From: Callorhinchus milii
Lineage: Eukaryota
Direction: 5' to 3'
Length of the DNA stretch: 64,000 nt
NCBI RefSeq assembly: GCF_018977255.1
Contig: NW_024704742.1
Coordinates: 34,970,001 to 35,034,000, forward strand
Positions 13,508 to 26,098 of this stretch are shown piece after piece (the stretch's first letter is position 1; each line of letters begins with the position of its first letter). The notes beneath the pieces were generated by a model that worked only from the letters and a program-made list of their open reading frames with translations, was not told where the DNA came from and did not search any database. The position numbers and the translations under genes are program-made.

Positions 13508-13871
13508 AGAATCCTGTAGCTTAGTGGTTAGAGCACTCATCTCACAAGCAAGAGACATAGGTTTGATTCCTGGAAGGGTGAAAAGTTAGGCAAGTTTCCT
13601 TACTCCACATGCCTCTGTTTACCTAGAAGTAAGTAGGAACCTGATTGTTAGTCGAATGATGAATCGCATTTCTGGAGGTAATAATTTCTTCAAACAAAAA
13701 TGGGTCATTCAATCCACGACTGTTTGTGGGACACTGCTGTGCCAATTGGCTGCTGAGTTTTGCCTGCAAAATATACAGTCAGTTCACTTTACAGTATATT
13801 CTGTGAAGCATTTAGGGACGTCTCAAAGACGTGATAAGGCGCTTTATCAAATGTAAGGATTATTATTATTA
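13508..13871 (+). mobile_element. tRNA-headed SINE, younger family, long form
   Basis: A box TAGCTTAGTGG, B-box-like GGTTTGATTCC, central CTCTGTTTACCTAGAAGTAAGTAGG segment, (ATT)n tail. Confidence 0.9.
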
Positions 13872-14689
13872 AGTTAATCTGGCTGGTCATTGATCAACAA
13901 TGGCCGAGAATACTGCAGACCTGCTTTACTCAAGGACCAGACTATCGAGTTTGCCACAGAGAATTAACTTGTTTTGGATCTTCTCTTGAAAGGCATGTCA
14001 CTTCTCAGCCCCAGAAACCCTGCTTATCATTGCCCTGCAAACAATATTATTGTTGTTAATATTCTGAAATAACCCTCTTGCTATTTTTTCAAAAAAATAT
14101 ATTCTCTTAGTTCTTGCGATCATGAAAAGCTCTGAGTCATGCACATGTTTGATTCATTTGTAGCTCGGGGTATATCATTGTGTTATCATTATGCATCTGT
14201 ATCTCATATTTTGTTTATTATTAATGAAAGAAAACTCCAATGGCAGCTGTTGCTAGCTGGCTTCTTTGAACGTTTGCAGGGTTACATGTGTGCATAATCA
14301 AGAACCAGCTTGTCTGGGATGCACATGAGATTCCACAAAGCCATTCTGGTAAATAACACCCAATTTTGTCGCAAAATGCTTTCCTTAAAGTTCAACTCTT
14401 TATGATGGATGGATGAAAAAGAGCATCACTAGGGCACAAAAAAAGGAACAAAAGATCAAATGCAATTGAAGTAGTCCCAGCAGATGTCTTTTTCTGAATT
14501 GTTTATTGAATAACTAGAAGATGTTCGGATGTCAATGATTATTGAAAAGCAATTTGTGACTGGTATTTCTCTTTTATTTGTTTGATGTCTCTATCGTTTT
14601 ACTCGTTTTGCTACTTGAATTTGTGCAGATGATTTATCTCACTATTTCCCTGATCATTTGCTATTTTTAAACTTCTCCCGTCAAATACA

Positions 14690-15365
14690 TGACAACAGTT
14701 TGCACTTACATAGCGCCTTTCACATAGGGAATATGTCTTTTAAGAGCTCCACAAAGACTGAGTGGGTGACCAAGGAAGGAGATGACTGACCGAAGAGTCA
14801 AAGCGATAAGGCTTCAGACTGTTTTTGAAGGCAGCGAGGGAGCAAGAGTATCGAGAGGGAGAGTTTGAGAAAGTAGGGGCAATGTGACTGAAAGCTTGCA
14901 TGCTAATGGTGGAGTGGAGTGGGCAGAGTTACAGGAGCAGAGGGTGTGGCCAGGGTAGTTGGGTAACAGGACAATGCAGAGGTACGATGGGCAAGACCTT
15001 GGAGGTACCTGAAGGTAAGGAGCAGATCTGGAAGTTAATCTGCGGGGGGATAGGGAGCCAATGGAGTTGGGTAAGGATGAGGATTATGGACTTGTGGAAC
15101 CTAGTGTGGAAGATGATACGGGCTGCAGAGTTCTAGTCTGGAGCTTGTGGACAGTGGAATTATGGAGCCCAGCGAGCAGGGCATTGGAAAAATCAGGCCT
15201 GGCGAGGGCAAAAGTGTGGATGAGGTGTGTTTGTGATGAGGTAGTGATTGAGACAGACTATATGGTTGAGATGGAGGAACCCAGACTGGTCAGTGCCCAA
15301 ATTAAAAGTTTCAAAGGAGAGTTCAGGATCAAAAGTAACACCAAGAACCTGAGTTAAGTGTGGGG
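14690..15365 (-). mobile_element. L2-clade LINE 3' fragment
   Basis: Minus-strand VLGVTFDPELSF and further decayed L2 ORF2 motifs; L2-type tail near 14695. Confidence 0.8.
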
Positions 15366-15662
15366 TGCAGTGGTAGGGGGAAGGGGATAGAGGAAATGAA
15401 GATAGCTGGGCAGATTTTGTCAATTTTGGACATCAGTTAATCCATGACCTCTTCGTATTTGGGAATGAAAATGGAGGGAATGTGGGGGGAGGAGAAGAGA
15501 AACCTGGGGTTGTCTTCGCTCTTCTCTTGCTCTGATGCTGGAGCAGAAGGTGGATTTATCTGGCGGTAAGCTTTGAAGTTGGATTTGAGCCACAAAGTTG
15601 GATTTGTGATCTGATGCAAGAGCTTTGGACTTTAGGGGCTTTAGGGAGTGGAAGTGGCTATT

Positions 15663-15977
15663 GTAATAATAATAACAATGATAATCCTTGCATTTGATAT
15701 AACGCCTTATCGCATCTTCGAGATGTCTCATAGCGCTTCACAGAATATAATGTAAAGTGAAATGACTGTAAATTTTGTGGGCAAAACGCGGCAGCAATTG
15801 CACACAGCAGTGTCCCACAAACAGTCGTAGATTAAGTGACAAATTTTTTAATTTTTTTTGAAGGGATTATTGCCACCGGAAAAGTGATCCGCCAATAGAC
15901 CAACAACCGGGTTACTACTTGCTGCTAGGTAAACAGAGGCATGTGGAGTAAAGAAACTTGCCCAACATTTCACCCTG
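15663..15977 (-). mobile_element. Younger SINE, long form, 5' truncated
   Basis: Homologous to 13508-13871 in reverse orientation; lacks the tRNA head. Confidence 0.85.
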
Positions 15978-16165
15978 TGGATAGCAGGTGTTTGTGGGGG
16001 GCAAAAAACAGGGAGAATAGCCTGAGGGAAATCAAATTAGTCCAAGGGAAATCTCTTGTACTAGGGGGAAGGGAACCATTTCATGATGACCTCTTGTACA
16101 TATTCACAACTCCTGGACCATAACAGGAAAGGAAACTCTGAGGGAGTTCTTGTTCAGAGATTACT

Positions 16166-16192
16166 TCTCTCTCTCTCTCTCTCTCTCTCTCT
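16166..16192. repeat. (CT)n microsatellite
   Basis: Directly visible. Confidence 0.95.
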
Positions 16193-17294
16193 AAAAAAAA
16201 ATTACTTATGCAGGTACATATGTAGTATTGGGTTTTAATAGCCTTGATTTTTAAATCATTTCTACATTGATGGAAATGAGGTCTGGCACCAAAACATTGG
16301 TCTACCTGGCCATCCAGAATTGCTCTGATCTTTCAGGTTCTTGGGATAGTTTGTGTATATCCTGAAGTAATTCAATTGACTTTAACATTAGCTATCGCTT
16401 TAGACTGGTCTGCGATTGATATATAGGCTTCCAATTCTTGGATTAAAAACATACTACCTGGTTATTGCACAGCTGATAGAAAGTTTCCATGGAAGCATAA
16501 AAAAAACCCTGAAAGCTCAAGCTATGCAGCCTCAGGCATAATACATCTTAATGCCTACATTTTGTTTATGAGAAAGGAGAGAGGGTTACTTTGCACAGAA
16601 AGTACTCCTCAGACTTTCATTCTTTAAAATACAATAATAATGTTCTTTCTGTGCATTAATAGGTTACTTAATGACCAGCACTGCTGGAAGGATTTCCAGC
16701 CTTTTACTGTTCCATTGTTTCACAGGATTGTGCAAGTGTGTGTCAGTCGTAATAGCGTGAAGCATTCATTCATGCCTTCCAATTATGTGAGCACATCTGA
16801 TATTGCAAGGTGCAGCAAAATACTGTAGTGATTGCTTGGTTGAGCAGATACTTTGATTTCCCTCAGGCTATTCTCTTTTATACATTTATAATTCCAGTGT
16901 CTCTCTCTCTCCCACTCCTGTCAGATTTGAAAAGGATCAAATTACCGTGCAGAAAACATGTTTTTTTGTATGGAAGGGTTAGAGAATGATCAAATCCATC
17001 ATGCTGGCGACTGATGGATTAAGATAGATACCTGTTAGATTTTATTGAGGACAATTGTGGGTGTTGATACCGAAGTAACATAAGCATGTAATTTTGATTC
17101 ATTTGTATATTTGTTTTATTTCTAACAAAGCTGTGGTTATTTGCACTCTCAGGCATAATACATCTCCAAAATAATAATCCTTGCATTTAATATAGTGCCT
17201 TATCACATCGTCGAAACGTCTCAAAGCGATGCACAGCATATGCTGTAAAATGTATTGATTTTGTATTTGTATTGTAGTCAATGTCAGAACCATG

Positions 17295-17410
17295 AACCCG
17301 AACTGTTGACTCACTTTCCTTTCTCCATAGATGCTGCCTGACCTGCTGAGTGTTCCCAGCGACTTCTGTTTTTGTTTCAAATTTCCAGCATCTATTGTAT
17401 TTTGCATTTT
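17295..17410 (-). repeat. Single arm of the shark-type palindromic repeat (probably the end of a Penelope-like element)
   Basis: Near-identical to 22896-22970 and reverse-complementary to ~22748-22853. The Penelope assignment is from recall. Confidence 0.75.
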
Positions 17411-17528
17411 GTTTATATGTACAATGAAGCAAGCCAATATAATTGTTACTGAATATAACACTATACTGTGTAGTGAGGAATGCTAATTATATATTTTGTG
17501 TATACCTTCTCTTTACTTTGCAACCCAG

Positions 17529-17669
17529 GCTGCCACTCCACCTGCTCAAGCTGCACAGGGAGTAGCCCTGAAAACTGCACAGCCTGCTCCTCACCTAAGG
17601 TGCTCTATGAAAATAAATGCCTTCATCAGTGCCCTGAAGGGTTCTACAGTCAAGATAACATCTGTTACC
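17529..17669 (+). CDS. FRAS1: FRAS1 furin-like exon (G)CHSTCSSCTGSSPENCTACSSPKVLYENKCLHQCPEGFYSQDNICY
   Basis: cccag acceptor, C|gtatgt donor, 141 nt, phase 1-1. Confidence 0.95.
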
Positions 17670-17969
17670 GTATGTGTCATTCCTTTACAAAACAACTCTG
17701 CTCAGTACTAATAGACAGCCCTGCCCTTTACGTGTCTTCCAGCATTTTGGGATGCTACCCCGTGTGACGGGCGCTATGTAAATGCAAATTGTTGTTGTTT
17801 TTGTTGTCTTTTTCAAGGCGATGGGGAAAGAGCGAGGGAGTAGGACTAATTGGATAGCTCTTTTAAAGAGCCGGCACGGGCATGATGAGCCGAATGGCTG
17901 TAGGATTTTATGACTCTTATCAAAATGTGCTTTGACTTCAAACCTCTGAAATCTTCTTTTCCTTCTTAG

Positions 17970-18113
17970 CGTGCCACCCCTCCTGCCGAGCATGTGATGG
18001 TCCCTCTGACTCTGACTGCACAGCGTGCCACCCTCATGTTGCTCTGCTGAACAGATATTGCAGAACCAGCTGCGAAGACGGGCAGTACTTGAACCTCGTT
18101 GGGTTCTGTGTAG
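17970..18113 (+). CDS. FRAS1: FRAS1 furin-like exon (P)CHPSCRACDGPSDSDCTACHPHVALLNRYCRTSCEDGQYLNLVGFCV
   Basis: ttcttag acceptor, G|gtaagt donor, 144 nt, phase 1-1. Confidence 0.96.
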
Positions 18114-21100
18114 GTAAGTTTAACTCTTCCTCACTGTTCTACAGATTTGGAAGCAACTCCTCCTTCATGAAACTGAATTTAAACTTGTTAGAAGACATGT
18201 TAGTCAATTCTTCGTAACATTCTCATATTACAGTTGATCACATAGCTTTGGAGTGAGAACTTTCCCTCGCTTTGCTCAGGGGATACCGGCCTGCTTCATG
18301 TCACCTGCTCCCACCCCACCATCATCAATTGGGCTTTCAGTCTATCTGCCATCAATCTCTAGAACTCCACTCTGGAGTCCCTCTGACTCACTCCCCTCCT
18401 CACCTCGTTTAAGGTCCGTCTCCAGATCTACCTCTTTGGCCATGCTTTTGGTCATCTTTCCCCTCCCCACCCCCATCTCCCCTCAGCTCCCACCCACAGC
18501 TGATGTACCAAGTCAGGACTGTAACAGCAACAATAATAAGAATTTGGAGCAGGAGTAGGCCATTCGGCCCCTCGAGCCTGCCCCGTAATAATTACATTTA
18601 TATAGCACCTTTCATGTCGGCCCAACACTGGACCTCCCAAGGCACTGGACAGTTAACCCGAGCTGGAGGTTTGAATCAAGAGGGGTGGAGGGTAGGGGAG
18701 GTGGAAGGGTGGGTGGAAACACTTTGGGACCTCTCAATGTGAAAGGCCCTATGTAAGTGTAAAATTGTATTTTATTGTGAACAGAACCTGCTCTAAAATT
18801 GCCATTTTAGTCTGATCTAGATTTGAATTAATTGTGTTCAATAGCAATGTAACATTTTGAAACTACACCCTGATGGCTCACTGGGTAATAATAATCCTTG
18901 CATTTGATATATCACTTCTTTGAGATGTCTCAAAGCACTTCACAGAATATACTGTAAAGTGAATTGACTATATATTTTAATATGTGCTGTGTGGTTTAGC
19001 ACAAAATTTCAGCAGTCTGGAAGACTCGAGATGTAATCGTTCCCTGGTATGTGGTGGCTTAGACCTGCTGCTTTGTCTTTGAGTAATCCTAACCAGAGGT
19101 GAGAACCCAGGTGCTTGGGCAAGCCGGGTATGTTATCTTACCACTGCTCACAGGGCTAATGTAGGGAAAGGTCAGATAGAGTTCTCATTCAGAGTCAGTG
19201 ATAAAGATGGGCAATGCTAATTTCAGCATCCCTGCAGTAATGACTGTTCTTTATGTGTGAGCCAAGTCAGCGAGCAGCAGCAGACTACATAACCACGAGT
19301 CTGATCGTGTAACCTCAATAGCAATGAACAATGGAAACCTTAGCTAATTGTTTTTCCATCTCTGTAGCTCAGGAGCGCTGAATTGTATTGACATGCTGAC
19401 TGTGATCCTTGACTCAGAACAGATCAAAGATCATATCTGGGACCCTCCTGGCCTGTGTTGCTCAGTAAAACATCCCTGGTGGTTTTAACAACTGAGCTTT
19501 CAGGAGAGCTCAATGAATTCATTTAAAAAAAAAAAAAATCCATAATAGAATCTTACATCAGGATTATGAGTGGAAACCTACACTGTCATGTATCTGCTAC
19601 CTGCTCCTTCTTTAATGTCATCTGACATGGATGCCATACTCCCAGTCAGAGTTCCTGACTTTGTACTTTCCCTCTTAGTGTGCCTGGCACTGACCGTAAC
19701 ATACAACACCCAAATCTAACCTCCCAGCTCACAAAGATCAATACCTCCAGCTGCTCTCTCTTTCTCTCTTTAGCAATTATCTCATAAATTACTCCTGGTA
19801 ACAAACTCTTTAGATAGTTGTGATATTGACATTCATGAATCCAGATCTCTCCAGACAACCATCTAGCTCAGGACAACTGCCATCCAACCCAACCGTATTG
19901 GTCCATGAAAGCATCCCAGTTATTGTCTGATTACACTTTACCGGCAAACTGTGACATTGTGAAACTTAATTTTGCCCACAAAATATACAGTTAATTCACT
20001 TTACAGTGCAAAGTGCTTTGCGTTTCAACAATGTGATAAGGACAAAATGACATGGCACAATAGTGAGCTTATCATAAATATCAGTTTACCGTTCTGTGTA
20101 AGGGGAGAAGCATCAAGTTGCTGCTGGGTAGAAATGTACAGCTAACCAGCTTGTGCTGACATAGATAAAAAGCAAGTTGGCACAACATAGAAGCAGCAAC
20201 ATCTTTTTGTTTCCTTACCAATTTCTTTCTCCTCCCAATTTTCTCCCCTCTTCCTCTCCTGATGAAGTACCTTATCAAAATCTCCCTTATTTTTTACATG
20301 GGCCTTAATGGTGACTTTTTACAAGCTATCCAACTGTTGGAGGACGGATAGGTGGGGTCATATCTCAGCCCAATCCTTCCTTACCTGACAAACAGACATA
20401 TACCCTCCAGCTGCGTTTTCTATTTAGCGATCAGTAGTGGGAACTTTCACTGANTTTTTTCATCCTAACCCTCCCTAAATCAGGGTCATGCTGAGGCTAA
20501 ATTTAGTACTCAACTGCTGTAACCTTCTGGTCTATACAATACAAATCTATATCAATTTAGTACCTTTCCTGCTTGGAGGTTGTCCCAAAGCACTTAACAG
20601 TGCTGGTTATTCAATTCAAGAGGGAGGTACTGTCCATAGAATAGTATGGAGTAAACATATTGTGGAGTTTACCGCTTTAATTCACCGTACAAAAAAAAAG
20701 ATCAGATATGTATGAGGTTTCCAGCTACACATTCTAGGCTCATAACACAACTGTGAACCAGCAACACGAGGTTAGTTACAAGTAAACCTTGGATTAAAGT
20801 GAGAGAAATGTAGAGCCAAAGATAGAAAGAGAAGGAGGGAGAAAAAGAAAACGAGAAACAGAAAGCTAAAGAAATGAGACTCCGAAAGATGTCAGAGAGT
20901 GGCATTTGCTGTTATAACAACAAATTCCTGATGGAAGAANTTTTTTGCTGGTACTATAATCAATTTGTATTTTCTGTGATGACCTATTATATGCCCTGTT
21001 GTCATGTCCACAAGGAACCATTCACAATCAGCGTGTGCAATGGTCTCTCTGCTTTTTTGGAAGGCAATTTCGGTCACTTGTCTATTCTCAGACTAGGACC

Positions 21101-21349
21101 ATTAAATTCAAGTCTTACAATGATCAGCATGCAGTGAGGATGGTTCTTAATTAATTTCTGGCAGTAAAACACCAGGATATAGAGAAATGCGCAATTAATA
21201 ATCTTCTATTTTAATTTGTTTTATCCCATTATAGTACAGTTTGGAATAACTTTAGTCTTTAAAAATAAATGCATTCATATTAAAACAGCAAACTGAAATA
21301 TGATTACATTTTCCAATCCATACCGAATGTGCTGCTCACAGTCAAAGAT

Positions 21350-21670
21350 GCATGGGGAGGCTAAATTGGTGTAGCCCTTCCTAGGGTTAGAGAGGGTAAA
21401 ACCAGCCAGGATTCCAGTTCCTGCTCCTTCAACATCACCCTCCGTGTGGCAGCAGGGTAAGAAGAGGTCAGGTCTCTACAACTGACGTCTAAGATACACT
21501 GTATAGTTGTGGAGCTCACCAACACTCGCTGCAAAGCTTCAAATAAGAACAGTGGTCACTTGGAGAGAATACCAGAGGGCAAACTAGTACCTGTGTAACT
21601 GCACCTCACCAAGAGGAGGCCAGACCAGGAGCAGAGAGACAGATGCCAGCGGGGAGAAAATTAGAAAATA
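21350..21670 (+). mobile_element. Old SINE-like family ending GGGGAGAAAATT(A/G)G; further decayed copies at about 2290-2580(-), 3465-3730(+), 20220-20530(-), 26340-26620(+), 31780-31990(-), 34545-34870(-), 53790-54160(-) and 62590-62900(+)
   Basis: Recurrent strings such as GCTGATCTCA, AATCAGCC.GG.TTCC..TTCCT and GGGGAGAAAATT across the copies; heavily diverged. Confidence 0.55.
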
Positions 21671-22170
21671 ATAACTGGACATATTAAATTACTTTTTAAA
21701 GAATACAGAAAAGTATTGTGATACTTTTTTTCTGATCAGTTGACAGACAACTTGTTAACTTGTTTTTATGATGCACTTGTTCTGAGACTTTAAAGCAATT
21801 GTCCCAGCATTTATTTCAGAAGTAGCAAAGCTCTGTTAGTACAGAAGATTCTGGTGATTTTTTTCCTCCAAAGAGATGTAATGGGGCAGAAATTCTACAG
21901 AATTTTTGATTTACATCAAACAATTAAACAAAATGAAGGTTTCATGCAGGTTATGGGTGTAGTAGAATATTGTTGCATATTTTAGATGAGCTCTTAATCA
22001 GAGCTCAAAATAAATTTCTGATAGAGAACATATTATTGACTTTATTTTTGGTTAGAAGAGGACATTATTTTAGCGAAACAAATTAGTACCGTAGGATAAA
22101 TTTGAATTCTCAACCCCCTATTTATGTGTTATCACCAGTTTCTGCAAATGATTGCACTTATTTGTCATTT

Positions 22171-22574
22171 GTCAGCCAGGCTCAGTTGATTGCACTTTTA
22201 TATTTGATTCAGAAGGTTGTGGATTTAGGCCCCATGTCAGGCCTTTGAACTTAACAGTCTAGGCTGGCTCTCTATACAGTGCTGGTGATGTGTTGCATTG
22301 TCCTTCAGATGAGATGTTAAACTGACTTTCTCTCCGAATGTTCAAGATCCCATATCACTACTTGAAAAGTGAAGGAAATTTCTCTTAGTGCCTTGGCCAA
22401 ATAAAATTGGTCATTCACATCATGACTGTTGGATGGGCATTGCTGGTCGCAAATTGACTGCCACGTTTGCCCTCAAAACACACACCAACTGTAAGTTACA
22501 GTATATCCTGTGAGGAGTTTTAGAACATACTCCCAAAGAGAAAGGAGCTATACCGAATGAAAAGATTATTATTA
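22171..22574 (+). mobile_element. Older Deu-domain SINE, near full length
   Basis: Head GGCTCAGTTG..GCAC..TCAGAAGGTTGTGG, body CCTTCAGATGAGATGTTAAAC..GATCCCAT, (ATT)n tail. Confidence 0.75.
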
Positions 22575-22747
22575 TGGTTGCGCGTGCAATCTTGAGTTTT
22601 CTTTGATAATAGTTAGGAACCTCATAACAGGAGGAAGTCTCTCAAACCATCGAGCCTATTTCACCAGTTTATTAGATCATGACAGATCTTTTAACCTTAT
22701 ATCACTATTATTTAAATACACTATTTAAACATTTTGAGGCAACCTCA

Positions 22748-22977
22748 ATACTGCGGATGCTGGAAATCTGAAACAAAAACAGAAATCACTGGGAACACTC
22801 AGCAGGTCAGGCAGCATCTATGGAGAAAGGAAAGTGAGTCAACGTTTTGGGTCATGTAGTTTATGGGTGTAGTAGACCCGACTTTGGACCCGATAGACCC
22901 AAAACATTGACTCACTTTCCTTTCTCCATAGGATGCTGCCTGACCTGCTGAGTGTTCCCAGTGATTTCTGATCTTGT
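22748..22977. repeat. Palindromic element with ~74-bp inverted arms (22780-22853 and 22896-22970)
   Basis: The arms are reverse complements with one mismatch and one 1-nt bulge. Confidence 0.93.
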
Positions 22978-24016
22978 CTCCCAAAGTGAAAGGTGCCCTA
23001 TAAATGTAATGCCTTAAAAAAAATCATTGCTATTGATGTAGCACGTTTCATGTAAGGAGGATGTCTCAAATATTTTACAGAATTCATTGTAAAGTTTATT
23101 CCATTACTTTGCTGCTGCATTGCGGAATGTGCCGTCCTTTGGATGAGACATTGATGTTGTTGAATGCCACTGAAGAGGATGAAATTTTCTTCTGACTTTT
23201 GTCACCAACGAATTACATGCTTTACTTTTGGATTAAATCTTATGCTCACCAACGTTGTAAGCAATAGCTTTGATTTTCCTGCTCCGAAAGATGTTTCTTA
23301 TTATAGCAGCTCTGCAGAATACAGGATGAGTTCCTGGCTCAATTACAGTGCAGCTGGTAGCAAGGTTATGCCAGGCTCAAATGTGATTTTTTTACTGATT
23401 CTCAGGATACAGGCAATGCTGACAGACCAGTAATTGTGTCCCATTCCCTAGCTGCCTTGGGCGGGCCCTTCTCTTTAAAGCACAGCAGTCCTTGTGATGG
23501 TAATGGTCCCATGATGTATTGTGTAACAGCTTACTATTGCAACAATGCATCATCAGTAAGGATAACTAAACTATTTTACGATGATCTAATCCCAGCTCAT
23601 GTTTCCCTTTAGTGGGTGGACAATCGTACGCTTGGCAAATTCTTCTTCACAATGATCATTCCTCTCCCCACCCAGCTCCCAATCCCAATTTGGGTGCCCA
23701 TCCAGCACTGTGAAGTGCTTTGAGTTGTCATCCTGATGTGAAACACACTATATAAATGTGAATTGTATTATATACGAAGATCAATTTTGCCCCAGTGATG
23801 TAGAAGGAAGGATATATATCCAAGTCAGGATTGTGACTGATTTGGAGGACAACTTTAGGGTGGTAGTATTCCCATGATCTGCTGTTCTTGTTCTTTTAAG
23901 TAATGTTGTCCACAATTTTCCCCAGGAAACCAAAGTTAATGATAAATTTCCACTCCTAGTTGGGAGTTTCCCTATGGCTGCAGTACCAATGATGCTTTTC
24001 CTCTCCTTTATTTCAG

Positions 24017-24169
24017 ATTGTCACTCACAGTGTCAGAGCTGTGTGGCTGACCTTCAAAACACAGGTAGTATCTGCCTGGACTGCAAGAATCCCCGGGAGG
24101 TGCTGCTGCGAGATCACTGCTTTTCTCGTTGTCCCACAGGCTATTTTCTGAACAGAGGTACCTGCAAAA
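24017..24169 (+). CDS. FRAS1: FRAS1 furin-like exon (D)CHSQCQSCVADLQNTGSICLDCKNPREVLLRDHCFSRCPTGYFLNRGTCK
   Basis: tttcag acceptor, A|gtaagt donor, 153 nt, phase 1-1. Confidence 0.96.
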
Positions 24170-25437
24170 GTAAGTAGAAGGTTGAAAAGCCCAACCTTAC
24201 ATCCCATTCTTTGTCCTTATCTGTACTGTCCCTACAGCCTGGGCAGCCCCTTGTACTCTGGTGACTCGAATGCAATACTTCGAAGCCACACTGGACCCAA
24301 TACTGTCCAATTTGAACATGGTTCCCTTGAGATCCAAACTCAACTCAACACGATAGGAGCAATCTTGAAATACTTTAAAATTCCCCGTTGCTTCTGAATT
24401 TAATTTAGTAATATCTGGCTAACATACGTTTTGTGTTATGGGATTAAATAATTACACCTGCAGCTACTTCTGGATGTCGAGAGACTGTCTGAAAGCTTCT
24501 GGCAGATGTTGCAGCAGCTCAGTAGTTAAACACTTTACAGCTTTGAAGAATCTGAACCAACTTTTAGTAGATACAACTCCGAAACTAAAATAGACTTTCA
24601 ACTTCTTGGCATTCTACTATTTCCAGATATAATGAAATGAAATAACACATGCTACATTGATAATATCACGGCATGAAAACTACACTATCACTTCATACAA
24701 TGATTACTTCTCAAACATATAATGTTCTGTGCAGCTCTGTCAATGACTGAGTGTAAAATATGTCTAGTTGTTTGGTGCTGATTCAGGCAGGAGAGAAAAG
24801 GCCCAGATTTGGTTCGGGTTAGCGGATCTCCTTGTGGGAGAGGTAAGCAGGATATCCTTCTCCTGAGTTAGCCTCAAGGTGACATCCTTGGCAGCAGAAA
24901 CAAGTTGATTCTTGTTGACAGTCTGGGTAGTCCAGTTCCTGAGCCAGGTGGCTCCGCAGTTCTTCCAAATCCAGCCCTGGCTCATTGGCAGGACTCAAAG
25001 TGGCAGACCAGTCACTCGCTGCAGGGATTCTTCCACTCGGCTTCTATTAACCGTGCAGACCAAAGCCTTAATGGGTCACGTAGTCCTAGCTGAATAAGTG
25101 TGAGGAAGCTTTCCAGACAGTGCTCTCAATGACAGTCGATGGCATTCAGTTATCACCAAATTTGCACTATACAGAGGTGCATTATAATGATACCACACTG
25201 TGTGTGTGTGTATGCGTGGGTGTATGTTTATGGGGGGAATTTAGCAATGAGAATTGGATCATCCTTGGCTGTGATACTGAACAATTCAGTTGTACACGGG
25301 TGGAAAGACTGTGAAGGATAGTGACTGATGGAGTCACCCAGAAACCATAGTGATTATATCAAAGCAACCTTTGTGTCCCATAACACAATGGTAGTTTAGT
25401 AATCAAACCATCAAATATACCTGAGCTTCTATGTCAT

Positions 25438-25690
25438 ATTCCTGGTTGGGCAAACCTGGGGCAAGTTTCTTTAGTCCACACGCCTGATAATAATCCCTCA
25501 AGAAGAAAGAAAACAATAATACATTGGTTACTTCAGTCCACGACTGTTTGTGGGACACTGCTGTGCGTAATTGGCTGCCGCGTTTCAATCACAAATATGC
25601 AGTCAATTCACTTTACAGCATATTCTGTGAAGCACTTTGAGGCGTCTAGAAGACATGAAAAGCGCTATATCAACTGCAAGGATTATTATA
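25438..25690 (+). mobile_element. Younger SINE, short form, 5' truncated
   Basis: Homologous to 10729-11040 from the B-box region onward. Confidence 0.87.
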
Positions 25691-25951
25691 TGCATATTCA
25701 AGAAACAAAGATGTGGATTATTATCTTGTGTATTCTTTATTGTGGTTACTCTTGTACCTGAGACATTTCGGCTTCATTATGCGCCTTGTGTAAGCCATGT
25801 GTACAGAGGGTAACCTTAATCATGAAATCGGCAAGCAATGACATTGCTAATTTCACAGAAACTAATAGATAGTATCTGTATAGATATACTGTAGCTCTGT
25901 TCCTACTTTCTAATTAAGCAGACTCACACCCAGTGGTGGTTTTCATTTCAG

Positions 25952-26098
25952 GGTGCCATGCATCATGTAGAACGTGCAGCAGTGAAGGACCCTTTGGTTG
26001 CAGTACCTGTCGAGCTGACCTGGTCCTCGCCCATAACAACATGTGTGTCCCTGCCTGCTTCCCGGGGTTCTACAGCGACAACACCCAAGCGTGCCAGC
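25952..26098 (+). CDS. FRAS1: FRAS1 furin-like exon (R)CHASCRTCSSEGPFGCSTCRADLVLAHNNMCVPACFPGFYSDNTQACQ
   Basis: tttcag acceptor, C|gtatgt donor, 147 nt, phase 1-1. Confidence 0.95.

Noticed and set aside
16715..16830. cacag followed by DCASVCQS, suggesting an extra furin-like exon
   Set aside because: Wrong phase, immediate TAA TAG stops and no further Cys pattern; the FU array is already complete without it.
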